From a virus (taxonomy: Duplodnaviria; Caudoviricetes), in IMG/VR virus record IMGVR_UViG_3300039004_000002, positions 1 to 53,289 of that record: 53,289 nt of DNA, one strand, 5' to 3'. Below the pieces are notes generated by a model. It was not told the DNA's origin. It did not search any database and saw nothing but the letters and a program-made list of their open reading frames with translations. The first letter of the stretch is position 1; each line of letters begins with the position of its first letter. Of the stretch, positions 15,235 to 24,043 are shown piece by piece. The position numbers and the translations under genes were made by a program.

Positions 15235-16402
15235 CGAGCAGATCCTCGATCGCTACATACGCCATCAGACTTATCTGTTGCGCTATGCAGGGGGCCTGCG
15301 AAACCAGGTCCTTCCAGATTTAGTATCTACCGAAAAGAAACTGTATGACGCGATTGTTGAGTGGATTGCTAAGGCTGACGGAAATCGAACTCTAACAGGT
15401 ACAAGTGGCCGGCAATGGCAGCGCGATTTCGCGGAGGTGTTAAATAATATCAGGATGCCCGCCTGGGATGCTGTGTCACAGGAGATAAGCGATCAACTAA
15501 AAGAACTTGCCATATCTGAGGCGGCAGTCGGAGCGACCATAGTTCAAAGTTCGCTACCTGTGGTCATAGGAATGAATCTTCCCCCTGCTGCAAAGCTGGT
15601 CGCTATTGTCAACAGTCAGCCTTTCGAAGGACGCACTCTTAAAGAATGGATGGAACGTACTGCACAAGCAGACGTTCAGAAGATGCTTACTTACGCCAAG
15701 ATTGGTATTGTGCAAGGGCAGACGCCTACACAGGTGGCGCGGGGTATTATAGGGACACAGGCGGCTGGATACCGTGATAGTATTGCACGCAAAGCATTCA
15801 AGGACGTTGAAAGTGTTATTCTGACACTCACTAACGGTATCCAGAACGAGGCAAAGCAGGCACTCTATGAAGAGAATGCCGATATCATTGAAGAGGAACT
15901 CTATGTAGCCACATTGGATGTCCGCACTACTATTGAGTGTGCTTCATTTGATGGGCAGATATTTCCGAGAGGTGAAGGTCCGATCCCGCCATTGCATTTC
16001 CGCTGCCGTTCCTTGCGTGTCCCATATATCAACCCCGAGGCATTGCGTAACAGGGGATTCGACAGCTCAACTGAGCGACAACTGTTGCAAGAGTATTCTG
16101 AACAAGCTAATATACCCAGAGTCGGCAAGCGCGACGCGCTGCCTTACGGTCATAAGACCTCATTTGATGATTTTGCACGTAAACGTCGGAGAGACCTAGT
16201 GGGTCAAGTACCAGCCCAGACAAGCTATAATGATTGGCTGAAAACGCAGACGAAAGAATTCCAGGATCAAGTCCTAGGACCTACCAGAGCGGAAATGTTC
16301 CGTAAAGGTGAAGTCAGCCTGGATAAGTTTGTGGCTCGCGATGGCGATGTCCTGACTTTGGACGAACTGCGCCGGAAGGGATTAGAAGTCCCTGAGGGCT
16401 GA
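15215..16402 (+). CDS. head morphogenesis protein (SPP1 gp7/MuF family)
   Basis: ATLDVRTT.EC...DG...PPLHFRCRS. Confidence 0.9.
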   Translation: MATLTSNEQILDRYIRHQTYLLRYAGGLRNQVLPDLVSTEKKLYDAIVEWIAKADGNRTLTGTSGRQWQRDFAEVLNNIRMPAWDAVSQEISDQLKELAISEAAVGATIVQSSLPVVIGMNLPPAAKLVAIVNSQPFEGRTLKEWMERTAQADVQKMLTYAKIGIVQGQTPTQVARGIIGTQAAGYRDSIARKAFKDVESVILTLTNGIQNEAKQALYEENADIIEEELYVATLDVRTTIECASFDGQIFPRGEGPIPPLHFRCRSLRVPYINPEALRNRGFDSSTERQLLQEYSEQANIPRVGKRDALPYGHKTSFDDFARKRRRDLVGQVPAQTSYNDWLKTQTKEFQDQVLGPTRAEMFRKGEVSLDKFVARDGDVLTLDELRRKGLEVPEG

Positions 16403-16446
16403 CCCAGACTGGCTAATGGTAGCCTAAACAATACGGAGTGATTCCT

Positions 16447-17253
16447 ATGTTCGAAGAAGAGTACGACGATTACGATTCCATCCCTGCTGCTGTAAAGCAT
16501 CTCTACAAAGAGGTGGATGGTAAATATGTTCTTATCAAAGCTGGCGAAATAAAGACTGCCCAGGATGTAACTAACGTCCAGGAAGGTCTTCGGAAAGAGC
16601 GCGAAGATCATAAAGAGACTAAGCGCAAGTTGGCAAAATTCAATAACCTTGACCCAGATGAAGTCCTTGAGAAATTGGACCGAATTGAAGAGCTGGAAGC
16701 TGCCGCAAGTGGTTCAATGGACGAAGAAAAGATCAACAAGATTGTTGAGTCACGTATCAAGTCTAAAACAGCTCCACTTGAACGCGAGCTTAATCAGGTA
16801 AAGGTCGAGCGGGACGAGTTGAAAGGTCAAGTCACAGACTTTCAAGTTAAGGACGTGCGCCGTACTATCCGCGATGACGTTCGCAAAGCTGCCACCACTG
16901 CTAAAGTTCGCGACACTGCATTGGAAGACGTTTTGCTCATCAGTGAGAACTTGTTCGAGCGTGACGAAGCTGGAAAAGTCGTTACCAAAGACGGAGTTGG
17001 TGTGACGCCAGGTATTTCGGCAGAAGTGTGGTTAACCGAAGCCAAGAATACACGTCCACACTGGTGGCCTGAATCCCAAGGTACTGGAGCACGCGGAGGC
17101 GACGGAGGTGCTGGCGGATCTAATCCCTTTACCAACGAAAATTGGAACCTTACTGAGCAGGGCCGTATCCAGCGTGAAAATCCTGATAAGGCGGCACAGT
17201 TGGCGAAAGCTGCTGGCACAAGTGTTGGCGGCGGTCGTCCACAGAAAAAATAG
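16447..17253 (+). CDS. capsid scaffolding protein
   Basis: Charged coiled coil upstream of MCP; NPF..ENWNLTEQG C-terminus. Confidence 0.8.
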   Translation: MFEEEYDDYDSIPAAVKHLYKEVDGKYVLIKAGEIKTAQDVTNVQEGLRKEREDHKETKRKLAKFNNLDPDEVLEKLDRIEELEAAASGSMDEEKINKIVESRIKSKTAPLERELNQVKVERDELKGQVTDFQVKDVRRTIRDDVRKAATTAKVRDTALEDVLLISENLFERDEAGKVVTKDGVGVTPGISAEVWLTEAKNTRPHWWPESQGTGARGGDGGAGGSNPFTNENWNLTEQGRIQRENPDKAAQLAKAAGTSVGGGRPQKK

Positions 17254-17283
17254 TTGCCCTTCTCTCTTATCTCTGCTTATAAT
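17254..17283 (+). promoter_or_regulatory. putative promoter (TTGCCC-18-TATAAT) for the major capsid gene
   Basis: Perfect -10 in the intergenic region. Confidence 0.55.
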
Positions 17284-17316
17284 AACGGCAACCTCGATGA
17301 TGGGGTTGCCGTTTTT
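17284..17316 (+). terminator. hairpin plus U-tract (terminator/attenuator) in capsid leader
   Basis: AACGGCAACC...GGTTGCCGTT followed by TTT. Confidence 0.6.
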
Positions 17317-17394
17317 CATTTTGGGCTTGCGGTCATGGGATTCGCGGCTCTGGATTAAAACCCTAGGCCAACATTCCAATTAGGAGGAAATCTC

Positions 17395-18450
17395 ATGGCT
17401 ACCGGACCAATCACTGCGATTGCTGATATCGTCGTACCCGAGGTCTTCAACCCTTACGTGCAGCAAATGACTGAGGAGAAATCCCGTCTTATTGCTTCCG
17501 GAGCGGTTGTACGTTCACAACAATTGGACGATGACCTTGCAGGCGGTGGTATTACATTTAATGCACCCTCTTTCAAAGACCTTGATAATGAGGCGGAAAA
17601 TATTTCGTCTGACGAGGGTGATGATGACTACACTGGTGGATCTGACAACTCCACCCCCAAGAAAACAGGTACTGCGACTGAAATCGCTGTTCGCCTGTCT
17701 CGTAACCAATCCTGGTCTTCTTCAGACTTGGCTGCTGCGCTTGCAGGTGCTGATCCGATGGATAGCATTGCGAACCGTGTGTCCACTTATTGGGCGCGTC
17801 GTCTGCAGGCTGCCTTCGTTGCAACTGTAAACGGTATCTTTGCAGATAACGATGCAGCTCCGTCAGCGTCTGAGCACGTCCAGGGTGACTTGACTAACGA
17901 TGTATCCAGTGGAGGTTACTCTGCGGGTGTTACTGATTTCACTGCTGAAGCGTTTATCGATGCGGCGGTGACAATGGGTGACTCCATGGGTGATCTGTCA
18001 ATGGTATGTGTTCACTCCATCGTGTATTCACGTATGCAGAAGAACAACCTGATTGACTTCATTCCGGATTCTGAAGGTCGTGTGACTATCCCGACATTCC
18101 TCGGTCGTATTGTTATCGTTGACGACGGCGTGCCAAGTCCTTCCTCAGGTATTTACCACACTTGGTTGTTCGGTGCTGGTGCTGTACAACTGGGTATGGG
18201 CGCTCCGAAGGTTCCAACTGAAGTTGGTCGTAAGCCTGACGCTGGTAACGGTGGCGGTCAAGATGTGCTTTATAACCGTGTTGAGTGGTGTATCCACCCA
18301 ACTGGTCACGCCTTTGTTGCTGCTGCTTCAAAAGGGGGTCCTTCCAACGCGGCAACCTCTGCGCAACTGGCGCACGCTGATTCTTGGCAGCGTCGTTACT
18401 CAGAGCGGAAGCAAATCAAGATCGCTCGTCTGATCACACGAGAGTTCTAA
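17395..18450 (+). CDS. major capsid protein (HK97 fold)
   Basis: DIVVPEVFNPYV, ADPMDSIANRV, TFLGRIVIVDDG; AGGAGG RBS; followed by a terminator. Confidence 0.92.
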   Translation: MATGPITAIADIVVPEVFNPYVQQMTEEKSRLIASGAVVRSQQLDDDLAGGGITFNAPSFKDLDNEAENISSDEGDDDYTGGSDNSTPKKTGTATEIAVRLSRNQSWSSSDLAAALAGADPMDSIANRVSTYWARRLQAAFVATVNGIFADNDAAPSASEHVQGDLTNDVSSGGYSAGVTDFTAEAFIDAAVTMGDSMGDLSMVCVHSIVYSRMQKNNLIDFIPDSEGRVTIPTFLGRIVIVDDGVPSPSSGIYHTWLFGAGAVQLGMGAPKVPTEVGRKPDAGNGGGQDVLYNRVEWCIHPTGHAFVAAASKGGPSNAATSAQLAHADSWQRRYSERKQIKIARLITREF

Positions 18451-18452
18451 TT

Positions 18453-18473
18453 GAAGGGGCTTCGGCCCCTTTT
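18453..18473 (+). terminator. rho-independent terminator
   Basis: GAAGGGGC-TTCG-GCCCCTTTT. Confidence 0.85.
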
Positions 18474-18505
18474 CGGACTCCCCTTAACGATTTGAGGACA
18501 CAATC

Positions 18506-19033
18506 ATGAAAGGTTTAAAACGATCTCTATCCCGGGGCCCTGCTGCATTGCAGGAAGTCTTTCGGATGGATGTTGCCTTTGATCAGTCTATCGACATCAC
18601 TGGGGTTGACTCTGCAGTCGACGCTGGTAGCTTTGTCTTAGGCGGTCTGCCGCAAGGTAACCTCCTGTTCCTGGGTGCTGTTGTTTATGTCACTGTGGAT
18701 GCCACGGGCGATGCTCATGTCATTGACAACTGGGATGGCGACTTTGGTATTGGTACGATTCCGAACGCTGACGTAGATTTGGCGGATGCTGGGGATGACG
18801 ATATTATCGCTTCAACTGCACTGTCTGCTGGCGCAAGTGATAAGATCGCACCGCGTACCCGTGGGGCTTCAACTACTACCGAGCACGGTCTTATCGTTGA
18901 TAACACCGACGGTTCTTTGGAGCTGAACTTTAACTTGCTGATCGATGATAATGTTATCACCGATACCGAGGATGGAACTTTCCGCTGTTACGGTTCTTTC
19001 CACGCGGCATTCATTGTATTAGGTGACGACTGA
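18506..19033 (+). CDS. virion structural protein (possible head decoration)
   Basis: Directly after MCP; beta-rich. Confidence 0.65.
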   Translation: MKGLKRSLSRGPAALQEVFRMDVAFDQSIDITGVDSAVDAGSFVLGGLPQGNLLFLGAVVYVTVDATGDAHVIDNWDGDFGIGTIPNADVDLADAGDDDIIASTALSAGASDKIAPRTRGASTTTEHGLIVDNTDGSLELNFNLLIDDNVITDTEDGTFRCYGSFHAAFIVLGDD

Positions 19034-19075
19034 TCCTTGTGGTCAGTCTAACCTTTAATAACTGAGGACCCCGAA

Positions 19076-19681
19076 ATGAGCGATAAAATTCGTGAAGCAC
19101 TTGCTAAGCTCGACATTGACAACGACAACCACTGGACCACTGAAGGGGTTCCCCGCCTTGATGTAATGAAGGATCTTGTGGGCGACGCTGTTAGTCGATC
19201 GGACATCACTTCTGCCGCTAAAGGTTTCAGCCGTAAGACTCCAAACTTGGAGATCGAAAAACCTGAAAACACTGGTAGCGGGGAGGCAGCAGATGCGCCG
19301 GCAGAGACACCTGAAAAGACCGAAGACAGTCAAGAGACCCCCGATGAGCAAGCACCGGAAGAAACAGCTGAATCTGATCCAGCTCCATCGGAAACTACTG
19401 TAGCGGAAGATGAGGAAGTTGAACTTTCTGACGACGAAGCTGTTGAAGCTGAGTTGACTAATTCTCGTGTGGCGTTCGACAAAGCGAAGGTTCGCTTTGA
19501 AGCTGCTCAGAAAGCAATGGACGAGGTCATTCTCCGTCGCGATCAAGAAGCCAATGGTGGGCGTAACCCTGCGCACGATATCAAGGCTTATCAGGCATCT
19601 CAAGCAAAGCAGCGTGAAGCGACTGCTCAGAACCGACGTGCAATGGTTGCAGCTATCAACGCAACTAAAACCAAGTTCTAA
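19076..19681 (+). CDS. hypothetical head-region protein with acidic linker
   Basis: IREALAKLD..ND.HWT.EG.P N-terminal motif; GAGGAC RBS. Confidence 0.7.
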   Translation: MSDKIREALAKLDIDNDNHWTTEGVPRLDVMKDLVGDAVSRSDITSAAKGFSRKTPNLEIEKPENTGSGEAADAPAETPEKTEDSQETPDEQAPEETAESDPAPSETTVAEDEEVELSDDEAVEAELTNSRVAFDKAKVRFEAAQKAMDEVILRRDQEANGGRNPAHDIKAYQASQAKQREATAQNRRAMVAAINATKTKF

Positions 19682-19692
19682 GGAGATGGCTT

Positions 19693-19887
19693 ATGGCCCG
19701 CGGAATCTTCAAAAGCACCCCGGGTCGACGGGGCCTCTATCCTAACGGATGGCCTGGCAATATGCGGGCCGTTCTTTACCTTAATCAGAAGAAACGCAAA
19801 GCACAAGGCGCCTTTCCTTCTGTTACCTCACAATTGATCGCAAGTACACCGATCCAAGCAGATACGGAGATGTCAGATTATGGCTAG
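19693..19887 (+). CDS. small hypothetical protein
   Basis: AGGAG RBS; fills the gap in the operon. Confidence 0.55.
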   Translation: MARGIFKSTPGRRGLYPNGWPGNMRAVLYLNQKKRKAQGAFPSVTSQLIASTPIQADTEMSDYG

Positions 19888-20440
19888 ACAAGTCATCCCA
19901 ACGAGTGGACTATGGTCTGCCATTGCCGCTCTCCTTAATGGTAATTTCACAGAACTATATCGTCAGTCTGGTTGGGCTGATTATGACGACGATACCTATA
20001 CGTCAGGCAGCCCTTTTGCTATTGCAGCAACCACCGACACTGTTATTCCAAATGACGCTGGAACAACTCGTGAGCAAGAACTACCCGCAGACTATGCCTC
20101 AGGGTTCTATAATGCAGGTAAGTTTCTAGGTCTTGCTGGTGATGGGCTTCTTGTAACAATTGAAGCGCGTGTAGCACGTCAATCGGGTTCAGGTGCATAT
20201 AATGTTGACGTCTGGTTCGACATTGGGGGTGGAATTACTAACCTATATCGTCGTACAATAGGTCTTCGTGGGTCAGGTGCTAATTATCTGACTTTTACAA
20301 CAGCAGTTTACACTTTAGATACTTGGGAGACTAACGGTGGCGAAATTTATATCAACTCAGATGTCGCGATTAATATGTACGACATTCGATTTGTCGTACA
20401 TCGTCTACACAAAGGCTTCGGAACTTATCCGCCAGCATAA
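19880..20440 (+). CDS. virion structural protein (beta-sandwich)
   Basis: LNGNFTELY motif common in phage fiber/appendage proteins; context. Confidence 0.65.
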   Translation: MARQVIPTSGLWSAIAALLNGNFTELYRQSGWADYDDDTYTSGSPFAIAATTDTVIPNDAGTTREQELPADYASGFYNAGKFLGLAGDGLLVTIEARVARQSGSGAYNVDVWFDIGGGITNLYRRTIGLRGSGANYLTFTTAVYTLDTWETNGGEIYINSDVAINMYDIRFVVHRLHKGFGTYPPA

Positions 20441-20451
20441 GGTGAACCAGT

Positions 20452-20961
20452 ATGACCACATTCACAGTTGAAGACGGGACCGGATTAGAAGACTCAACCT
20501 CTTATGTGGATGTGGCCTTCTCCGAAGATTATTTAGGGAGCTCCTGGGCTGCTGACGATACAGCTAAGCAGAACGCGCTTATAGCCGCGACCGAGTATGC
20601 TGACGCACGCTGGGGAGAGAAAATAAAAAGTCGCCCCCTAGTCGAAACACAGGCCTTAGAGTTTCCACGTTATCAACTCTATGACCGTTATGGTAATCTT
20701 ATCGAGGATGCGATTCCTGATGACTGGAAGAAAGCGATCTGTCTCTATGCACAAGCATCGGTCGCAGGGACGCTCTATCCAACTCCGTCGACATCAAGCT
20801 CAAAGGATCTTAAGCGCAAGAAGACAGTGGTGGGTCCAATTACAACAGAAGTAGAATATCAAGGTTCTGCTACTGACGCCACTTGGTTGAAATTTCCGTT
20901 AGCGGATAGGCTGGTGAAACAGTTTATCTATGGTGCTGGCGGTGGTGTAATGAGGAACTAA
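20452..20961 (+). CDS. head-tail adaptor (DnaT-like domain family)
   Basis: VEDGTG...SYV, QALEFPR, VGPITTEVEY. Confidence 0.8.
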   Translation: MTTFTVEDGTGLEDSTSYVDVAFSEDYLGSSWAADDTAKQNALIAATEYADARWGEKIKSRPLVETQALEFPRYQLYDRYGNLIEDAIPDDWKKAICLYAQASVAGTLYPTPSTSSSKDLKRKKTVVGPITTEVEYQGSATDATWLKFPLADRLVKQFIYGAGGGVMRN

Positions 20962-20962
20962 T

Positions 20963-21325
20963 ATGGCGGCCTCAGATGCGTTCTATTTGGAAGTACAAGG
21001 GGAAGTCAACACAGTTCTTGACGAGCTTGGTACTGATTATACAGTTCGAGCCCCTGGAACATATGACGAGGACGAGCTGGAAAACGTACCTGGGGCGACG
21101 CGCACTGTCACCGGGCTAGTAGCAGACCAGCAAACTGTGCTCCAGCTTGCAGGTGATGCAGGGGCCACGTGGGTCGCTACAAAGACCCTTATTCTAAAGG
21201 CAGACGCTGCGCCCTTACCTGGAGAGGAAGTACAAGTGGACAGTCAATGGTTCCCTCTCTCCAAGTTGGTACCAATTAAACCGGCTGAAATTACAGTCGT
21301 TTATCTTCTGGATGTGAGTAGATGA
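20963..21325 (+). CDS. head closure/stopper protein
   Basis: Synteny; IKPA..TVVY C-terminus. Confidence 0.7.
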   Translation: MAASDAFYLEVQGEVNTVLDELGTDYTVRAPGTYDEDELENVPGATRTVTGLVADQQTVLQLAGDAGATWVATKTLILKADAAPLPGEEVQVDSQWFPLSKLVPIKPAEITVVYLLDVSR

Positions 21326-21729
21326 GTTTCGGAGATGATTTGGCAAAGTTTAGAAGGAGAACGCTTGATAAATACATTCGTGTCAAGCGACTCTCCGCCT
21401 TTGACTTATTCTCTGCAATCATTCTTGAGACCCCTGTAGATAAAGGTGTCCTTCGTAACAACTGGTTCGCTGAAATCGGAAATGGTAGCAGCGAGACAAC
21501 AGACTCGGAAGATCCTAGCGGTCAACGCGCTATCAATAGAACAAGATCCGTCCTAGAGGGCACAGATATTGCCCGGGACATCTTCTTCACAAATAACCTC
21601 CCATATGCAGTTCCAATTGAGTTTGACGGTATCTCCGGCAAAGCGCCAGAGGGTATGGTTCGTATCAATGCTCTACGCTGGGACAACATAGTTCGACGAA
21701 ATGTGAGGAAAGTGCAAAATGGCGGCTAA
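21322..21729 (+). CDS. neck/tail completion protein (HK97 gp10-like)
   Basis: TPVDKGVLRNNW, NNLPYAVPIEF, APEGMVR. Confidence 0.85.
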   Translation: MSFGDDLAKFRRRTLDKYIRVKRLSAFDLFSAIILETPVDKGVLRNNWFAEIGNGSSETTDSEDPSGQRAINRTRSVLEGTDIARDIFFTNNLPYAVPIEFDGISGKAPEGMVRINALRWDNIVRRNVRKVQNGG

Positions 21730-22141
21730 CTATACTGAGATTGAAAAGGCGCTAGTTGCAGCCGTTAATACGGTCGACGCAAGCACGCCACGCGGGTATC
21801 CGAACAAGCCCTTACCGGATGACGACAAGCCTGATGGATTGTGGTTACAACTGCACAACATGCGTTCAGAAAGTACGCCAGTGACTCTGGGCGATGCTGG
21901 GGAAGATAATCATCCTGGTTTTCTACAAGTGGATATTAATTACCCGCAAAATAAAGGTTCGAAGCAGGTGTTGGCGAAAGCTGATACTATTGCGGCGTTC
22001 TTTACAGCTGGCAAAACATTATCTTACAATGCACAGGAGGTCAAAGTTCTATCATGTTCTGTTGGCCCGGGGCGCGATGTAGGTGGCTACTATCGAGTCA
22101 GTGTAACTGTCAACTACTATGCGAGGACGACTCGCTCCTAA
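21719..22141 (+). CDS. tail terminator protein
   Basis: G.LQVDI.YP...G, AD.IAA.F.AG; precedes the tail tube gene. Confidence 0.8.
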   Translation: MAANYTEIEKALVAAVNTVDASTPRGYPNKPLPDDDKPDGLWLQLHNMRSESTPVTLGDAGEDNHPGFLQVDINYPQNKGSKQVLAKADTIAAFFTAGKTLSYNAQEVKVLSCSVGPGRDVGGYYRVSVTVNYYARTTRS

Positions 22142-22155
22142 TAGGAGGATAAGAC

Positions 22156-23328
22156 ATGGCAGACGGTAGCCGCCACTCTATGTACGCCGTTGAAGAGGCG
22201 ACATATGGCACCACTCCAAACAACCCCGCTCTGGACACTGTTCGGATCACTGGGACTACTTTGGGACTTTCCAAAGACAGCCTCCAGTCAGAAGAGATTC
22301 GATCGGATCGTCAGATTGCTGATTACCGACAAGGTGCAAACCAGGTCGCGGGTGATATCAACTTCGAATTGAGCTATGGTTCTTTTGACCAATTCCTTGA
22401 AGCTGTACTTCTGTCAGCTGATTGGGCAGCTCCAGCAACTACTGGCACAACTACTCTGAGCCAGACTGCAACTACTATCACTCGGGCGTCAGGTAGCTTT
22501 ATCACTGACGGATTTACCGCGGGCATGGAAGTTGAGGTTTCAGGTTTTGCTGGGTCTGGCGCCAATGGTCAGATGCTTGTAACAATGGTAGAGGCGCTCA
22601 CTCTTACCTTAACCGCGCTTGAAGGTCAGACATTGGCTATTGAGGCGGGTGATGGTGATGAGTTGGTAGTTGCTTCCAACCGTGCAGCATCTGGAACCGA
22701 ACGACGTTCATTCAGCTTCATTCGTTACTTCGCAGACATCCAATCTTCAGACAAACCATACCACATCTTCCGTGGTTGTGAGTTGAACTCGCTTCAGTTA
22801 ACTATTGCAGCGAACTCAATGATCACCGGAACAATGAGTGTGGTCGGTCAGAGCATGGCGACTGCACAAGACCTCACAGGTCTTGGAACTCCTACTTATA
22901 ACTCGGTCTCAACTACTTCCCCATTCGATTCCTTTACAGGCTCGCTGGATGAAGGTGGTACCAGTATTGCAGTGATCACTGAAATCTCTTTGACATTGCA
23001 GAATGGTATTGAGCCGCGCTTTGTTGTGGGAAGCACCAACTCGATCTATCCGTCAATTGGTCGTTCAAACCTCACCGGTCAGATTACAGCCTACTTCGAA
23101 GATTCAACTCTTATTGATAAGTTTATCAACGAGACTGAGTCAAGCATTACCTTCAGGCTGCCTGACAGTGCGGGGAACGCCCAACGCTACACGATTCCAC
23201 GAATCAAGTACACTGGCGGTCAGCCCGACGTATCCGGAGAGGGTCCGATTACTCTAGCAATGCCCTTCCAGGCTTTGTTGGATGCAACTGAAGCGACTAA
23301 CTTAGTCATTCAGCGGACACCTGCTTAA
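22156..23328 (+). CDS. major tail tube protein with inserted accessory domain
   Basis: EEATYGTTP, SEEIRSDRQ, GDINFELS, YFED, ITLAMPFQAL. Confidence 0.9.
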   Translation: MADGSRHSMYAVEEATYGTTPNNPALDTVRITGTTLGLSKDSLQSEEIRSDRQIADYRQGANQVAGDINFELSYGSFDQFLEAVLLSADWAAPATTGTTTLSQTATTITRASGSFITDGFTAGMEVEVSGFAGSGANGQMLVTMVEALTLTLTALEGQTLAIEAGDGDELVVASNRAASGTERRSFSFIRYFADIQSSDKPYHIFRGCELNSLQLTIAANSMITGTMSVVGQSMATAQDLTGLGTPTYNSVSTTSPFDSFTGSLDEGGTSIAVITEISLTLQNGIEPRFVVGSTNSIYPSIGRSNLTGQITAYFEDSTLIDKFINETESSITFRLPDSAGNAQRYTIPRIKYTGGQPDVSGEGPITLAMPFQALLDATEATNLVIQRTPA

Positions 23329-23360
23329 TCCCAAACCGTAAACTCTGAGGACCCAGAATT

Positions 23361-23798
23361 ATGAAAGAGTTTTACACAAGACAAACCGCAAATGAGGGAG
23401 TTCAACTCCCTCTTTATTATCCCGATGGCACAGTGTCCGAACATTGGATCAAGGTGCGCGGGGTGGACTCTGATCATTTTCGACAAGCTGAAGCAAAGGC
23501 TAAACGATCGGCCGTAGAGCTGGCGCAAATCAAAGATGAACAGAAACGGGCAGAAGCTGTCCGTGAAACGGAACTTGAGTGTATCGCTGCACTCGTATCA
23601 GGTTGGTCCTTCCCGGAAGAGGCGACTCACAATAATGTGGTCAACTTCTTACGTGAGGCTCCACAAATTGCGGACATGGTGAATCGGTTTGCTGCACGTC
23701 GAGCAGAGTTCTTTGGAAAAAAGTCCACGAGCTCTGCAAATGGGTCGAAGCGGAAGTCAAGCTCGAAAAGATCCCCAAAGGCTCGAAAGTCAAGCTAA
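23361..23798 (+). CDS. tail assembly chaperone (gpG-like)
   Basis: Between tube and TMP genes; slippery site near its 3' end. Confidence 0.85.
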   Translation: MKEFYTRQTANEGVQLPLYYPDGTVSEHWIKVRGVDSDHFRQAEAKAKRSAVELAQIKDEQKRAEAVRETELECIAALVSGWSFPEEATHNNVVNFLREAPQIADMVNRFAARRAEFFGKKSTSSANGSKRKSSSKRSPKARKSS

Positions 23799-24043
23799 GG
23801 GATCATCTCAAGCAAGTCGAAAAGACCTTAGGACGCAAACCGAAAGAGCTCGCAGAAATACCTGATTTCCCAGAAGAGCTTCGGTATATCTGGGAATGGT
23901 TTTTGGAGATGCGTACTGGCGATCCACTTACGTTCACTGAAATTAAGAGTTGGGCGGAACTAACCTATCAGACCTTGCTTGCTTGGGAGGTTGACTTGAT
24001 TAGGACCCTTGACAGAGTTTATTGGAGAACCTTAGGTGGATGA
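23717..24043 (+). CDS. -1 frameshift extension of tail chaperone (gpGT-like), missing from ORF track
   Basis: A AAA AAG at 23717-23723 is in frame; the -1 frame is open to TGA 24041-24043 and encodes ELRYIWEWFLEM..PLTFTEIKSWAEL..WEVDLIRTLD. Confidence 0.85.
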   Translation, partial: KKVHELCKWVEAEVKLEKIPKGSKVKLRDHLKQVEKTLGRKPKELAEIPDFPEELRYIWEWFLEMRTGDPLTFTEIKSWAELTYQTLLAWEVDLIRTLDRVYWRTLGG

